Translations under genes and position numbers: made by a program
Notes under the pieces: model-generated
What the model saw: only the letters and a program-made list of their open reading frames with translations
Databases searched by the model: none
What the model was told of the DNA's origin: nothing
Shown here: piece by piece, positions 1 to 11,118 of the stretch
Layout: each line of letters begins with the position of its first letter
Position numbering within the stretch: the stretch's first letter is position 1
Assembly: GCA_004555955.1 (NCBI GenBank)
Contig: SFJG01000005.1
Span: forward strand, 628 to 64,627
From: Bacteroidales bacterium
GTDB lineage: Bacteria > Bacteroidota > Bacteroidia > Bacteroidales > Muribaculaceae
DNA: 64,000 nucleotides
Direction of reading: 5' to 3'

Positions 1-108
1 CGCTACGGAAGTATGACCCGCGAAAGCGAAATGATTAAGATGGTCGATTCGCTCCATTTACAACTTGCTCCTTCAGAGCAGCCGCCATTTAACTTAGATA
101 ATAAATAA
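1..108 (+). CDS. C-terminal end of a small division protein (FtsL-like), truncated by the window edge
   Basis: An open frame enters from the left edge (...RYGSMTRESEMIKMVDSLHLQLAPSEQPPFNLDNK*) and ends with TAA at 106-108, 17 nt before the PBP3 gene. This is the position ftsL normally occupies in dcw clusters. The call is positional inference only. Confidence 0.4.
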   Translation, partial: RYGSMTRESEMIKMVDSLHLQLAPSEQPPFNLDNK

Positions 109-125
109 CCAATAACTAAACTATT

Positions 126-2330
126 ATGGGAAAGAACGAGAGGACTCAGAAGCAAGGAAAGAAAAAGAGGGTGAAACTCGGGATGATGAACCGCTACAGA
201 TGGATTATGGTAGCGTTGCAAGTCGTCGCTCTCTTGATTGTATGCAAACTGTTTATGAACACCATAGTGCACGCCGATGGTTGGAACGAACTCGCCAAAA
301 GCGGAATCCGCGACTCGGTAGTCATCTATCCCGAACGCGGCAATATCCTTGCCGAAGACCGTTCGATTTTGTCGGCAAACATCAAAGTGTATTCGCCCGA
401 AATCGATTTCAACTCACAATCGTTCAAAGCCGATACGCTTCGCAAATACATCGACAGCGTAGTCGAAAGAGTTACGGAAATGGACCCGACTCAAAAACCG
501 AAAGAGCTTAAAGAGGAGATTTTAACAAGACTCGACTCTTTCGAAGTTATTAAGAAGCATAACACCCGCGTGTCGAAAATCGACAAAGACAAGCGCGGAC
601 CAGCTGATACGTTTAAGCGCTACGGCAAGTGGAGAAGAGTGAAACTGCTGACCAACATCTACAACGAAGACCGTCAGTACTTGCTCAAGTGCAAATTCTT
701 CAACGTTACAGGCGGAAAATACACACTGACAAAGAATCCGACGATATTACGCCGCCGCCCGTTCGGCAAATTGGCTTCTCAATGCATCGGCGCAACCAAG
801 GAAGAGCGAGTCGGCAACAACAAGACCGTCTTTCGCGGAGAGACCGGGCTCGAGCGTGCGCTCGACACCTTGCTCTACGGCAAAAACGGCTGGGGAAGCA
901 CCGTATCGTCGACCAAGAGCCTGACTACTTGGGAAGTAGAGCCGGCTCAACGCGGCTACGACGTTGTGACAACCATCAACATACATATGCAAGACATTGT
1001 CGAAACCGAACTCGAAAAGATGTGTCAAATCACCAAATCGGAATGGGCTACGGCTGTGCTGATGGACGTAAAAACCGGCGAAATCAAAGCGATATCAAAC
1101 CTTCAGCGCGACAGCACAAAGCGTGGCGAGGTGTTCTATCGCGAAGGACTCAACCACGCGCTGATGGGCTACGACCCGGGCTCGGTAATGAAGCCTATTT
1201 CGATGATGATAGCCTTGGAAGACAAAATCGTCGGGCTCAACGTATCAATACCCACGGGCTCGTCTTTCAGTTATGCCGGAGGACGCCCGATAACCGACTC
1301 GCACGCCTACTCGAGCCTGACGCCCAAACAAATTATCGCCTATTCGAGTAATATCGGTATGTCGAAAATCATCATCAAGGGCTACGGCGACGACCCGCGT
1401 CGCTACCGCAAACGCCTGGAAGATATCGGAATGTTTGAGCCTCTCAATCTGGGTATCTACGGCGAACGCCTGCCTTACATACCCCAATTGGGCACGAAGA
1501 ACAAAGACCGAATCGACATGTCTCGCGTTTGCTACGGCTATGCAACTCGCATACCGCCCATCTACACGTTGAGTTTCTACAACGCTATTGCCAACGGCGG
1601 AAAATTCGTACGTCCTCGTATTGTCAAAGAACTGATTCGCGACGGACAGACCGACACCGTATTCGACGTGTCGTACGTGCGCGAACGCATCTGCAGCGAA
1701 GAAGTGGCAGCACAGATTCGCGACTTCCTCAAAGCCGTTGTTTGGGACCCCCACGGCACAGGTCGTGCGTTGCAGAACAACTTTGTATCGATTTCCGGCA
1801 AGACCGGCACAGCCTATCAACTCGACAATGGCGGCTACAACACGTCGAAGAAGCGCTACGCATTCTGCGGCTTCTTCCCCTCCGACGCTCCGCAATATTC
1901 GTGCATTGTCGTCATGCAAGGCGGTCCGTTCGGCGCGGCACGCAGCAGTGGCACCGTGCTGATGAACATTGCCCTCAAACTATATGCCCGCGGTCTGCTC
2001 AACCAATTCTCCGACTACAAAGACATGCAAGAGCATAACGGCGCAAAGCCTATCGTTACGCGCATGACGGACGAGAGCAAAAGCGAGTTGATGAGCGAAC
2101 TCAACGTCACATCGACAACGCAACTAAAGCCCAAGAGCATCCCCGACAACGGCGTGCCCTCTGCCATCGGCATGAGCCTGCGCGACGCCGTGATGACCCT
2201 CGAAAAAGCCGGACTAAACGTAGCGGCAACCGAAGGTAGCGGCAACTACGTCTACTCGCAGACACCCGCAGCCGGCGCAAAATACAAGAAAGGCGACAAA
2301 ATTACACTAAAACTCAGAAATTCGATATAA
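126..2330 (+). CDS. ftsI: Penicillin-binding protein 3 / peptidoglycan D,D-transpeptidase FtsI
   Basis: 734-aa ORF with an N-terminal TM segment and the transpeptidase motifs SVMK (SxxK), SSN (SxN) and KTGT. A PASTA-like C-terminal segment is present ([18 protein letters not shown]...GDKITLKL). It is the first gene of a canonical dcw order. Confidence 0.9.
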   Translation: MGKNERTQKQGKKKRVKLGMMNRYRWIMVALQVVALLIVCKLFMNTIVHADGWNELAKSGIRDSVVIYPERGNILAEDRSILSANIKVYSPEIDFNSQSFKADTLRKYIDSVVERVTEMDPTQKPKELKEEILTRLDSFEVIKKHNTRVSKIDKDKRGPADTFKRYGKWRRVKLLTNIYNEDRQYLLKCKFFNVTGGKYTLTKNPTILRRRPFGKLASQCIGATKEERVGNNKTVFRGETGLERALDTLLYGKNGWGSTVSSTKSLTTWEVEPAQRGYDVVTTINIHMQDIVETELEKMCQITKSEWATAVLMDVKTGEIKAISNLQRDSTKRGEVFYREGLNHALMGYDPGSVMKPISMMIALEDKIVGLNVSIPTGSSFSYAGGRPITDSHAYSSLTPKQIIAYSSNIGMSKIIIKGYGDDPRRYRKRLEDIGMFEPLNLGIYGERLPYIPQLGTKNKDRIDMSRVCYGYATRIPPIYTLSFYNAIANGGKFVRPRIVKELIRDGQTDTVFDVSYVRERICSEEVAAQIRDFLKAVVWDPHGTGRALQNNFVSISGKTGTAYQLDNGGYNTSKKRYAFCGFFPSDAPQYSCIVVMQGGPFGAARSSGTVLMNIALKLYARGLLNQFSDYKDMQEHNGAKPIVTRMTDESKSELMSELNVTSTTQLKPKSIPDNGVPSAIGMSLRDAVMTLEKAGLNVAATEGSGNYVYSQTPAAGAKYKKGDKITLKLRNSI

Positions 2331-2355
2331 CTTTGCAAATTATATAGAAAGCGAT

Positions 2356-3819
2356 ATGAAAAAGAATCTAACAAGTCTTGTTTCTGCCATCCGCCCCTTA
2401 GAGGTGGTAGGCAGCATCGACAAAGAGATAACAGCACTGGAATGCGACTCGCGCAAAGCCAACGCAGGCACGCTGTTTGTAGCCATTCCGGGAGTCAACG
2501 TCGACGCTCATAAGTTTATCCCCGAAGTTGTCAAAGCAGGCGCTTCGGCTATCGTGTGCGAACGACTACCCGAAGAATTGACAGACGGGGTGACCTATAT
2601 CCGCGTCGAGAGCAGCGCTTCGGCACTCGGCTTCATTGCCTCGGAGTGGTACGACAACCCTTCGTACAAGTTGCACTTGGTCGGCGTTACCGGAACTAAC
2701 GGCAAAACCACTACAGCCACACTGCTCTACGAATTTACTCGCATGATGGGCTACAAGACCGGACTATTTTCTACAGTTTGCAATTATATCGACGGCACAC
2801 CTGTGCCCACCACACAGACCACACCCGACCAACTGACGCTCAACAAGTTGATGCACGAGATGGTCGAAAGCGGTTGCGAATACGCCTTTATGGAAGTTAG
2901 CTCGCACGCTGCCGACCAACACCGCATCGACGGACTGAAGTTTGCCGGAGCAATATTCTCCAACCTGACGCGCGACCACCTCGACTATCACAAGACCGTC
3001 GACGCCTACCTGAAGGCTAAAAAGCGCTTTTTCGACATTCTTCCCGCCGATGCATTTGCGCTCGTCAATGCCGACGACAAGGCAGGACTCGTTATGCTAC
3101 AAAACACGGCGGCTTCGCGCCACACCTATTCGCTGACGCGCGACGCCGACTTCCGCTGCAAGATTGTCGAAAGCCGCCTCAACGGCACGTCGCTGCAAAT
3201 CAACGGTCGCGACGTCGAAGTGATGTTCACAGGTCGATTCAACGCCTACAACCTGCTGGCTGTCTACGGTGCCGCCCGCTTGTTAGGCTTCGACGAAGAA
3301 GATGTTCTGACCAAGATGAGCATGCTCGTTCCGGTTGCCGGACGCTTCCAGACGTTTGCATCGCCTAAAGGCTATACGGCAATTGTCGACTACGCCCACA
3401 CCCCGGATGCGCTGGTCAACGTGCTCAACTCCATACGCAACGTCATCGGTAATGGCGGTCAGGTGATTACCGTGGTCGGTGCCGGCGGAAATCGCGACAA
3501 AGGGAAACGCCCGATAATGGCAAAAGAAGCGTGCCGGCTCAGCGACCGCCTTATCCTTACGTCCGACAACCCGCGCTTTGAAGACCCTAACGAGATTCTC
3601 AGCGATATGATTGCCGGATTAGACAAAGACGACCGCACAAAAACGGTACGCATCACCGACCGACGCGAAGCAATCCGAACCGCAACGCAGTTTGCCGGTC
3701 CCGGCGACGTCGTTCTCATTGCCGGGAAAGGCCACGAAAACTACCAAGAGATTTGCGGCGTGAAACATCATTTCGACGACAAAGAAGTTGTGCTCGACAT
3801 TTTCAAGGAGGAAGAATAA
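2356..3819 (+). CDS. murE: UDP-MurNAc-L-Ala-D-Glu:meso-DAP ligase
   Basis: Mur ligase P-loop [11 protein letters not shown], a [10 protein letters not shown] (DNPR) motif typical of DAP-adding MurE, and its dcw position. Confidence 0.95.
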   Translation: MKKNLTSLVSAIRPLEVVGSIDKEITALECDSRKANAGTLFVAIPGVNVDAHKFIPEVVKAGASAIVCERLPEELTDGVTYIRVESSASALGFIASEWYDNPSYKLHLVGVTGTNGKTTTATLLYEFTRMMGYKTGLFSTVCNYIDGTPVPTTQTTPDQLTLNKLMHEMVESGCEYAFMEVSSHAADQHRIDGLKFAGAIFSNLTRDHLDYHKTVDAYLKAKKRFFDILPADAFALVNADDKAGLVMLQNTAASRHTYSLTRDADFRCKIVESRLNGTSLQINGRDVEVMFTGRFNAYNLLAVYGAARLLGFDEEDVLTKMSMLVPVAGRFQTFASPKGYTAIVDYAHTPDALVNVLNSIRNVIGNGGQVITVVGAGGNRDKGKRPIMAKEACRLSDRLILTSDNPRFEDPNEILSDMIAGLDKDDRTKTVRITDRREAIRTATQFAGPGDVVLIAGKGHENYQEICGVKHHFDDKEVVLDIFKEEE

Positions 3820-3822
3820 ACA

Positions 3823-5082
3823 ATGCTATATCATCTTTTCGACTATTTGTCACAATACGATTTGCCCGGGGCGCGATTGATGGGCTACATCTCATTTCGC
3901 GCCGCCGCGGCTCTCATCTTGTCAATTCTGATAGCAACCATCATCGGACGCCGCATCATCGACCGCCTGCAACTTATGCAAGTCGGCGAAATCGTTCGCA
4001 ACTTGGGCATCGAAGGGCAGATGAGCAAAACAGGCACACCGACAATGGGCGGTGTAATCATCATAATCGCAGTGCTTGTGCCCTGCTTGCTGGTGGGCAA
4101 CCTCACCAACACGTATATGCTGCTGATGATAGTGTCGACTCTTATGCTGGGCGCGCTCGGCTTCCTCGACGACTACAAGAAAATCAAGAAGCATAACAAA
4201 GACGGTTTGAAAGGCAAGTATAAGATTGTAGGACAGGTAGTTGTAGGTCTGATTGTCGGGCTTACGATGTATCTGAGTCCCGACATTGTGGTCAACGAAA
4301 ACGTAGAACAACCGGCAACCGACGGCGAGATTGAAGTGCTCTACAAGCCCACGGCGGAAAAGCAGCCCATCACGACCATCCCGTTTGTCAAAAGCAACAA
4401 CCTCAACTACGCTTGGTTCACCCAATGGGCAGGCGAGCATGCCGAAACCGCCGGATGGATTCTGTTCATACTGGTAACAATCTTCGTTGTGGCGGCAGTG
4501 TCGAACGGAGCCAACCTCACCGACGGGCTCGACGGACTTGCCACCGGGTCATCGGCGATAATCGGCGTGGCGCTGGCGGTGATGTGCTACCTGGGCGGCA
4601 ACATCGTCTATTCGTCGTATCTCAACATTATGTATATCCCCGGCAGCGGCGAATTGGTAGTCTATGCGGCTGCTTTCATCGGCGCTCTCGTCGGATTTTT
4701 GTGGTATAACGCCTACCCCGCTCAAGTGTTTATGGGCGATACGGGCAGTTTGACCATCGGCGGCATTATCGGCGTTTTTGCTATTTTGATTCGCAAAGAG
4801 CTGCTCATCCCGGTGCTTTGCGGAATCTTCTTGGTCGAAAACTTGTCGGTAATCATGCAAACCGGCTATTTCAAATACACCAAGAAAAAATACGGCGAAG
4901 GACGTCGCATCTTCAAGATGACACCGTTGCACCACCACTTCCAGAAGCAAGGCAACGCAGGAATTGTGGCAAAATGGCAGCATCCGATTAACCCGATTCC
5001 GGAATCGAAAATCGTTGTCCGATTCTGGATTGTTGGCATATTTCTTGCAATAATAACGTTTATAACACTTAAGATTAGATAG
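3823..5082 (+). CDS. mraY: Phospho-N-acetylmuramoyl-pentapeptide transferase
   Basis: Polytopic membrane protein with [10 protein letters not shown] and FMGDTGSL motifs, in the dcw position. Confidence 0.95.
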   Translation: MLYHLFDYLSQYDLPGARLMGYISFRAAAALILSILIATIIGRRIIDRLQLMQVGEIVRNLGIEGQMSKTGTPTMGGVIIIIAVLVPCLLVGNLTNTYMLLMIVSTLMLGALGFLDDYKKIKKHNKDGLKGKYKIVGQVVVGLIVGLTMYLSPDIVVNENVEQPATDGEIEVLYKPTAEKQPITTIPFVKSNNLNYAWFTQWAGEHAETAGWILFILVTIFVVAAVSNGANLTDGLDGLATGSSAIIGVALAVMCYLGGNIVYSSYLNIMYIPGSGELVVYAAAFIGALVGFLWYNAYPAQVFMGDTGSLTIGGIIGVFAILIRKELLIPVLCGIFLVENLSVIMQTGYFKYTKKKYGEGRRIFKMTPLHHHFQKQGNAGIVAKWQHPINPIPESKIVVRFWIVGIFLAIITFITLKIR

Positions 5083-5086
5083 GAAA

Positions 5087-6436
5087 ATGGCAAAGATAGC
5101 AGTTTTAGGAGGCGGAGAAAGCGGCGTAGGTGCTGCCGTACTTGCACAAGTTAAAGGCTTCGACGTATGGTTGTCGGACATGGGCACAATTGCCGACCGC
5201 TACAAAGAGCGTCTTGAGCAATACAACATTGCATGGGAAGAAGGCGGTCACACCGAGCAACGCATCCTCGATGCCGACGAAATAATCAAGAGCCCGGGCA
5301 TTCCCGAAGACGCCCCGCTCATCGTCAAAGCGCGCGCAAAGAGCATCCCCGTAATCTCGGAGATTGAATTCGCCGGACGCTATACCGACGCCAAGATGGT
5401 GTGCATCACCGGTAGTAACGGCAAAACCACAACAACGATGCTCACCTACCACATCTTGAAAAATGCCGGTATCAACGTCGGGCTGGCAGGCAATGTCGGC
5501 AGAAGCCTCGCATATCAAGTGGCTACGGAGCATCACGACGTATACGTTATCGAGCTGAGCAGCTTCCAACTCGACGATATGTTCGATTTTAAAGCCAACA
5601 TCGCCGTGCTGCTCAACATCACGCCCGACCACTTGGACCGCTACGACCATAAGATGCAAAACTACGTCAACGCAAAATTTCGCATCATCCGCAACCAGAC
5701 CGAATGCGATTCGTTCATCTTCTGGGAAGACGACCCGGTGATTGCCGCTCAACTGAAAACTCTCAAGGTGGAATCGCAGATGCTACCCTTCAGCGAATCT
5801 CACGAAGAAGGAGCATGCGCCTACACCGACAACGGCAACCTGACCATCTGCCCGAAAGGACACGAAGGACTGACTATGCCCGTCGGCGAACTTTCGTTGC
5901 CGGGACTACACAACCTGTACAACTCGATGGCGGCAGGTCTGTCGGCTTCGTTGCTCGACATCAAGAAAGAAGTAATCCGCAAAGCCCTTGCCGACTTCCA
6001 AGCCGTAGAACACCGATTGGAGTATGTCGACACGGTCGACGATGTGGTCTACATCAACGACTCGAAAGCAACAAACGTCAACTCCTGCTGGTACGCACTG
6101 GAGAGTATGACAACAAAGGTCGTACTCATCTTGGGCGGCAAAGACAAAGGCAACGACTATAGCGAAATCGAGCCTCTCGTTCGCGAAAAAGTCAGCGCAA
6201 TCGTCTGCATGGGTAAAGACAACGAAAAAATCAAGGACTTTTTTGCCGGCAAAGTTCCCGTAATTGCCGACACACACTCGGTGGAAGACGCCGTTCGCAC
6301 TTCCTCTGAACTTGCTAAAGCCGGCGAAACAGTACTGCTGTCGCCCTGCTGTGCAAGTTTCGACTTGTTCAAGAGCTACGAAGACCGCGGTCGCCAATTT
6401 AAGGAGCAAGTAAAACGCATTAAAGGGAACAAATAA
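5087..6436 (+). CDS. murD: UDP-MurNAc-L-Ala:D-Glu ligase
   Basis: N-terminal Rossmann-like GGGESGVGAA, Mur ligase P-loop ITGSNGKTTT, and dcw position. Confidence 0.95.
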   Translation: MAKIAVLGGGESGVGAAVLAQVKGFDVWLSDMGTIADRYKERLEQYNIAWEEGGHTEQRILDADEIIKSPGIPEDAPLIVKARAKSIPVISEIEFAGRYTDAKMVCITGSNGKTTTTMLTYHILKNAGINVGLAGNVGRSLAYQVATEHHDVYVIELSSFQLDDMFDFKANIAVLLNITPDHLDRYDHKMQNYVNAKFRIIRNQTECDSFIFWEDDPVIAAQLKTLKVESQMLPFSESHEEGACAYTDNGNLTICPKGHEGLTMPVGELSLPGLHNLYNSMAAGLSASLLDIKKEVIRKALADFQAVEHRLEYVDTVDDVVYINDSKATNVNSCWYALESMTTKVVLILGGKDKGNDYSEIEPLVREKVSAIVCMGKDNEKIKDFFAGKVPVIADTHSVEDAVRTSSELAKAGETVLLSPCCASFDLFKSYEDRGRQFKEQVKRIKGNK

Positions 6437-7761
6437 TGGAAAAAGATTTAGACAAAGTTGTTAAGGATAAACCGACGACCGAAGCGAACGAAAAGAAGAA
6501 CAAAATAGACAACTATGTTATCGGCATCTACATAACGCTGTGCATTTTGGCTGTCATCGAATCGTTCAGCGCCTCGGCACGCGAAATTGCGGCTACGGGG
6601 AGTGTCTACAAACCGATACTGAAGCATCTGTTGTTTCTGAGCGGCGGAACGCTTCTAATGCTCTACTTTGCCAAGAAAGAATACACCTGGTTTATCAGAT
6701 TCGGATGGTATTTCGTCGCCGCTACGGCGGTCGCTCTATTGGGTGCAATGTTTTTTGGAGGAAACGTAAACGACGCTTCGCGAAGTTTAAACATCCTGGG
6801 ATTTACAATACAGCCTGCCGAGATGGCAAAACTCGCCATCGTGTTTGCCCTCGCCACAATTCTTTCGAGTTGGATAAAGCAAAAAGGCAGAAGTCAACTC
6901 GAGATATGGGTTAGCGTAATGATTGTCGGCGTGTTTAGTATCTTACTCATTATGCAAGGCTTGACCAACACAATGCTGTTTATGGCAATCAGTTTGGTAA
7001 TGTACATCGTAGCCGGCGCATCGGTAAAACTTTGTGTTAAGGTATTAATCGTCTATAGCGTGATTGCCGGCAGCATCTACGGCATATCGGAAGTCATTGC
7101 AGCCCACCGACTTGAAGAACTCTCGAAAAACGAAGTAGTGGCAGAAAGCGCACAAGAGGAAAAAGGCAAAGAGTCGCAACTGCGAACGGACACGTGGGCG
7201 TCGCGCTTCAACAGTTATTTCAAGGAGGTGCTCGACACATGCCCGTCGAAAAACGAATCGATACTCAGCAGTCAACAGAAGACATATTCCTACATGGCGC
7301 AAGCCAACGGAGGTTGGTATGGCGTCGGCCTGGGACAGTCGCGCGAGACGAGTCGCTTGCCGCTGGCATTTTCCGACTACGTCTACTCGATTGTCATCGA
7401 AGAGAGCGGATTCATCGGCGGCACGCTCCTACTGGCGCTTTTCTTCAGTCTGATGATGCGAGCGGCATACATTGCCCGCCGATGCAAGCAAGCCTACCCC
7501 GCGCTACTCGTTATGGGTATGGCGGCGATGATTGTGCTGCAAGCATTCTCTCACATCGCCATCAACACCGGAATAGTCCCCGTGTCGGGACAAAACTTGC
7601 CGCTGATTTCAAAAGGCGGAACGTCGGTATTAGTCATCTGCATGGCTTTCGGCGTGATTATGAGCGTCAGCCGCACGGCTTCGACATCAACACAAAAGTC
7701 GAAAGCTGAAGAAAAATTGCCGGAAATGCTCAAGGCTGCAAACCCTACAACTGACAAATAA
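6436..7761 (+). CDS. ftsW: SEDS-family peptidoglycan polymerase / lipid II flippase FtsW
   Basis: Multi-TM protein with the C-terminal signature VPVSGQNLPLISKGGTS. Its start overlaps the murD stop (TAATG). Confidence 0.9.
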   Translation: MEKDLDKVVKDKPTTEANEKKNKIDNYVIGIYITLCILAVIESFSASAREIAATGSVYKPILKHLLFLSGGTLLMLYFAKKEYTWFIRFGWYFVAATAVALLGAMFFGGNVNDASRSLNILGFTIQPAEMAKLAIVFALATILSSWIKQKGRSQLEIWVSVMIVGVFSILLIMQGLTNTMLFMAISLVMYIVAGASVKLCVKVLIVYSVIAGSIYGISEVIAAHRLEELSKNEVVAESAQEEKGKESQLRTDTWASRFNSYFKEVLDTCPSKNESILSSQQKTYSYMAQANGGWYGVGLGQSRETSRLPLAFSDYVYSIVIEESGFIGGTLLLALFFSLMMRAAYIARRCKQAYPALLVMGMAAMIVLQAFSHIAINTGIVPVSGQNLPLISKGGTSVLVICMAFGVIMSVSRTASTSTQKSKAEEKLPEMLKAANPTTDK

Positions 7762-7763
7762 GA

Positions 7764-8876
7764 ATGACAAAGACAATGAAAATATTAGTTAGCGGAGGCG
7801 GTACGGGAGGACACATCTTCCCCGCACTCTCGATAGCCAACGGCATCAAAGAGCGTCATCCCGAGGCGGATATCCTCTTCGTCGGTGCCGAAAACCGTAT
7901 GGAAATGGAGAAAGTGCCGGCTGCGGGCTACCGCATCATCGGGCTCCCCGTGAGCGGATTCGACCGAAAGCACTTGTGGCGCAACGTCAAGGTCGTCGTT
8001 CGGCTATTCAAAAGTATGATGAAGGCGCGCAAGATTCTCCGCGAGTTCCAACCCGACATTGCCATCGGAGTTGGCGGATATGCAAGCGGGCCGATGCTCA
8101 AAGCGGCGCAAAAACGCGGCATTCCGACGCTCATTCAAGAGCAAAACTCTTACGCCGGCGTGACCAACAAACTGCTGGCAAAGCGCGCCGACGCTATCTG
8201 CGTGGCTTATGAGGGTATGGAGCGATTCTTCCCCGCCGACAAGATTACTCTCACCGGTAATCCCGTCCGACAATCAATACTCTCCTGCACGTTGACCCCA
8301 CAAGAAGCGCGCCGCCACTACAACCTCGACCCCGACAAGCCTACGGTGCTCGTCGTCGGCGGTAGCCTCGGCGCTCGTACAATCAACGAATGTGTAGCCG
8401 CCGCACTCAACATCATCGACATGTCGGGCGTACAGTTCATCTGGCAAACCGGCAAACTCTACGACAATGCCGCACGTGCCGTTATGGCTGAAAAGAAGCC
8501 ACAAAACGTCGTGCAGATGGCTTTTGTCACCGATATGGACATCGCCTACCGCGCAGCCGACCTGGTTGTGTCGCGTGCCGGAGCAAGTTCGATTTCCGAA
8601 CTGCAACTGCTCGGAAAAGCCTCAGTGCTCGTTCCTTCGCCAAACGTCGCCGAAGACCATCAGACGAAAAACGCCCGTGCATTGTCCGACCGCGATGCCG
8701 CAGTGTTTGTCAGCGACAGCGATGCTGAAACGTCGCTCATCAAGACCGTCCTCGACCTTATCGGAAAGCCCGAACAGCTTCACACTCTGGAGAAAAACGT
8801 GGCAAAAATGGCTCTGCGCAACTCGGTAGAGCGCATCGTCGACCGCGTCGACCAACTTATCGGCATTAACAAATAA
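7764..8876 (+). CDS. murG: UDP-GlcNAc:lipid I GlcNAc transferase
   Basis: SGGGTGGHIFPAL N-terminal motif and dcw position. The true start could be the second Met (MKILVSGGG, 7776). Confidence 0.95.
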   Translation: MTKTMKILVSGGGTGGHIFPALSIANGIKERHPEADILFVGAENRMEMEKVPAAGYRIIGLPVSGFDRKHLWRNVKVVVRLFKSMMKARKILREFQPDIAIGVGGYASGPMLKAAQKRGIPTLIQEQNSYAGVTNKLLAKRADAICVAYEGMERFFPADKITLTGNPVRQSILSCTLTPQEARRHYNLDPDKPTVLVVGGSLGARTINECVAAALNIIDMSGVQFIWQTGKLYDNAARAVMAEKKPQNVVQMAFVTDMDIAYRAADLVVSRAGASSISELQLLGKASVLVPSPNVAEDHQTKNARALSDRDAAVFVSDSDAETSLIKTVLDLIGKPEQLHTLEKNVAKMALRNSVERIVDRVDQLIGINK

Positions 8877-8890
8877 AACGATTTGAAAAA

Positions 8891-10255
8891 ATGAATATAT
8901 ACTTTGTAGGAGCCGGAGGAATCGGAATGGCTGCCCTTGTGAGATATTACCTCAACAAAGGCGCTCGCGTGGCAGGCTACGACCGCACTTCGACCGACTT
9001 GACATCCGACCTCATTAAAGAAGGCGCCGAAATCACATTCGACGACAACGCAGACACTATCCCGGAATACTGCCGCAATTCTGCCGACACTTTAGTAGTC
9101 TACACGCCGGCAATTCCCGACGACAACGCTATCCTGACCTACTTCCGTCAGGGCGGCTTCGACATACGCAAACGCGCACAAGTGCTCGGGCTGATTACCC
9201 ACGACACAAAGGGTCTCTGCTTCTCCGGAACTCACGGAAAAACGACCACGTCGAGCCTCGCCGCTCACATACTCCACACCTCACCGATTGGATGTAACGC
9301 ATTCCTGGGCGGCATTTTGCGAAACTACGGCAGCAACTTCCTCCTCAGCGAAACGAGCGATTATTCCGTCATCGAAGCCGACGAATTCGACCGCTCTTTC
9401 CACTGGCTCAGTCCATACATTGCCGTCGTAACAGCCACCGACCCCGACCATTTGGACATCTACGGCACAGAAGAGGCGTATCTCGAGAGTTTTGCGCACT
9501 TCACCGAACTCGTTCAACCCGGCGGCGCGCTCATCTGCCACACCGGGCTCAAACTGCGCCCGCGTCCTGCCGACGGCGTTAAAGTGTTCTCTTATTCGCG
9601 AAACGATGGCGACTTCCACGCCGAAAACATCCGAAAAGGAAACGGTGACATTACATTCGACTTCGTAGCCCCCGACACAGTGATTCGCAACATCCGCCTC
9701 GGCGTGCCCGTCGACATAAACATCGAAAACGCCGTGGCTTCGATAGCGGTGTGCCATCTTGTCGGCGTCGACAGCGAAAGCATCAAAACAGCCGTTGCAT
9801 CGTTTTTGGGTCCCAAACGTCGGTTCGAGTTTTGGCTCAAGCAACCCGACGGGCCCGTGATTATCGACGACTATGCACACCACCCCGACGAACTGAAAGC
9901 AAGCATCCGCTCCGTGCGCGACCTATATCCCGAACGCCGATTGAGCGTGATTTTCCAGCCACACCTCTACACCCGTACCCGCGACTTCGCCCCCGAATTT
10001 GCCGAAGCACTCTCGCTTGCCGACCAAGTGCTGCTGCTCGACATTTACCCCGCGCGCGAACTTCCCATCGATGGTGTGACCTCACAAATCATCCTCGACC
10101 GCATAAACTGCCCCGATAAAGCAATTTGCAATAAAAAAGACTTGCTCGAAACGATAAAAAATTATAACTTTGACGTACTTTTGACTGCAGGAGCCGGCGA
10201 CATATGCAACTACTTGCCGGAAATACGCAAAATTGTCGAAAACACAACCAAATGA
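8891..10255 (+). CDS. murC: UDP-MurNAc:L-Ala ligase
   Basis: GAGGIGMAAL N-terminus, SGTHGKTTT P-loop, and dcw position. Confidence 0.95.
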   Translation: MNIYFVGAGGIGMAALVRYYLNKGARVAGYDRTSTDLTSDLIKEGAEITFDDNADTIPEYCRNSADTLVVYTPAIPDDNAILTYFRQGGFDIRKRAQVLGLITHDTKGLCFSGTHGKTTTSSLAAHILHTSPIGCNAFLGGILRNYGSNFLLSETSDYSVIEADEFDRSFHWLSPYIAVVTATDPDHLDIYGTEEAYLESFAHFTELVQPGGALICHTGLKLRPRPADGVKVFSYSRNDGDFHAENIRKGNGDITFDFVAPDTVIRNIRLGVPVDINIENAVASIAVCHLVGVDSESIKTAVASFLGPKRRFEFWLKQPDGPVIIDDYAHHPDELKASIRSVRDLYPERRLSVIFQPHLYTRTRDFAPEFAEALSLADQVLLLDIYPARELPIDGVTSQIILDRINCPDKAICNKKDLLETIKNYNFDVLLTAGAGDICNYLPEIRKIVENTTK

Positions 10256-11097
10256 AAGTGAAGAAAATAACATTAATCGTTGTGTCGGTGCTACTCGCCG
10301 CCTACGTCGTTGTGGCTTTTCCATTCGTGAAATTGCTCAAGAAAGACGACTGTTGCAAAGACATCGACATCAACATAGACTACACCGAATCGGTGAAGTT
10401 TGTGTCATATGATTTTATTTCTTCACAATTGCACGAAATGGGCATCGACCCCATAGGCAAAAGGATTGCCGACATCGACATTGCCGACATCGAAAAACGC
10501 CTGAAAGGCAAAGACTATATCGAAAACGTAGAATGTTACTTTACCTCCGACAACCGGCTAGTCATCGACTTGCAGCCACTGCACCCGGTGATGCGCGTGT
10601 TCGACGCCGACGATTCCTACTACGTCAACAAAGAAGGTAAGCGAATGCAGAGCAACGCCAATTTCTTCATCGACCGACCGGTGGTCAAAGGAAGATTTAC
10701 CCCGGAATATCAGCCGACCCGATTGCTGCCGCTCATCGAATTTATGGAAAACAGCGAACGCTGGCGCAACCTGGCAGGAATGATTGAAGTGCGCGACAGC
10801 AACAACATCTTCCTCATCCCCAAGGTGGCAAACCACGTTATCAACCTCGGCAACACCGACGGACTCGAGTCGAAATTCGCCAAGTTAGCAAGAATGTACA
10901 ACGAAGTTATCCCCGTCAAAGGATGGAACTTCTACGACACGATAAGCCTGAAGTGGGACTATCAGATTGTGGCAACTCGCCGAAAAGGAGGCTCGCGACT
11001 TAACATCGTGGTCAGCACCGACGACGATGACGAACAAGCACCCGACATTTCGACAGTCGCTACCGAAACAAATACAAACGACAGTATAACGCATTAA
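10252..11097 (+). CDS. ftsQ: Cell division protein FtsQ-like
   Basis: The start was re-picked at the ATG at 10252 (MKVKKITLIVVSVLLAAYVVVAF...), which overlaps the murC stop as ATGA. The protein has a single N-terminal TM followed by an extracytoplasmic domain and lies between murC and ftsA. Confidence 0.75.
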   Translation: MKVKKITLIVVSVLLAAYVVVAFPFVKLLKKDDCCKDIDINIDYTESVKFVSYDFISSQLHEMGIDPIGKRIADIDIADIEKRLKGKDYIENVECYFTSDNRLVIDLQPLHPVMRVFDADDSYYVNKEGKRMQSNANFFIDRPVVKGRFTPEYQPTRLLPLIEFMENSERWRNLAGMIEVRDSNNIFLIPKVANHVINLGNTDGLESKFAKLARMYNEVIPVKGWNFYDTISLKWDYQIVATRRKGGSRLNIVVSTDDDDEQAPDISTVATETNTNDSITH

Positions 11098-11118
11098 CAC
11101 CATACAAATCAACCGACT

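Noticed and set aside
3-272. 89-aa minus-strand ORF at the window start
   Set aside because: It is antisense to the ftsL-like 3' end and the ftsI 5' end, within a tightly packed plus-strand operon.
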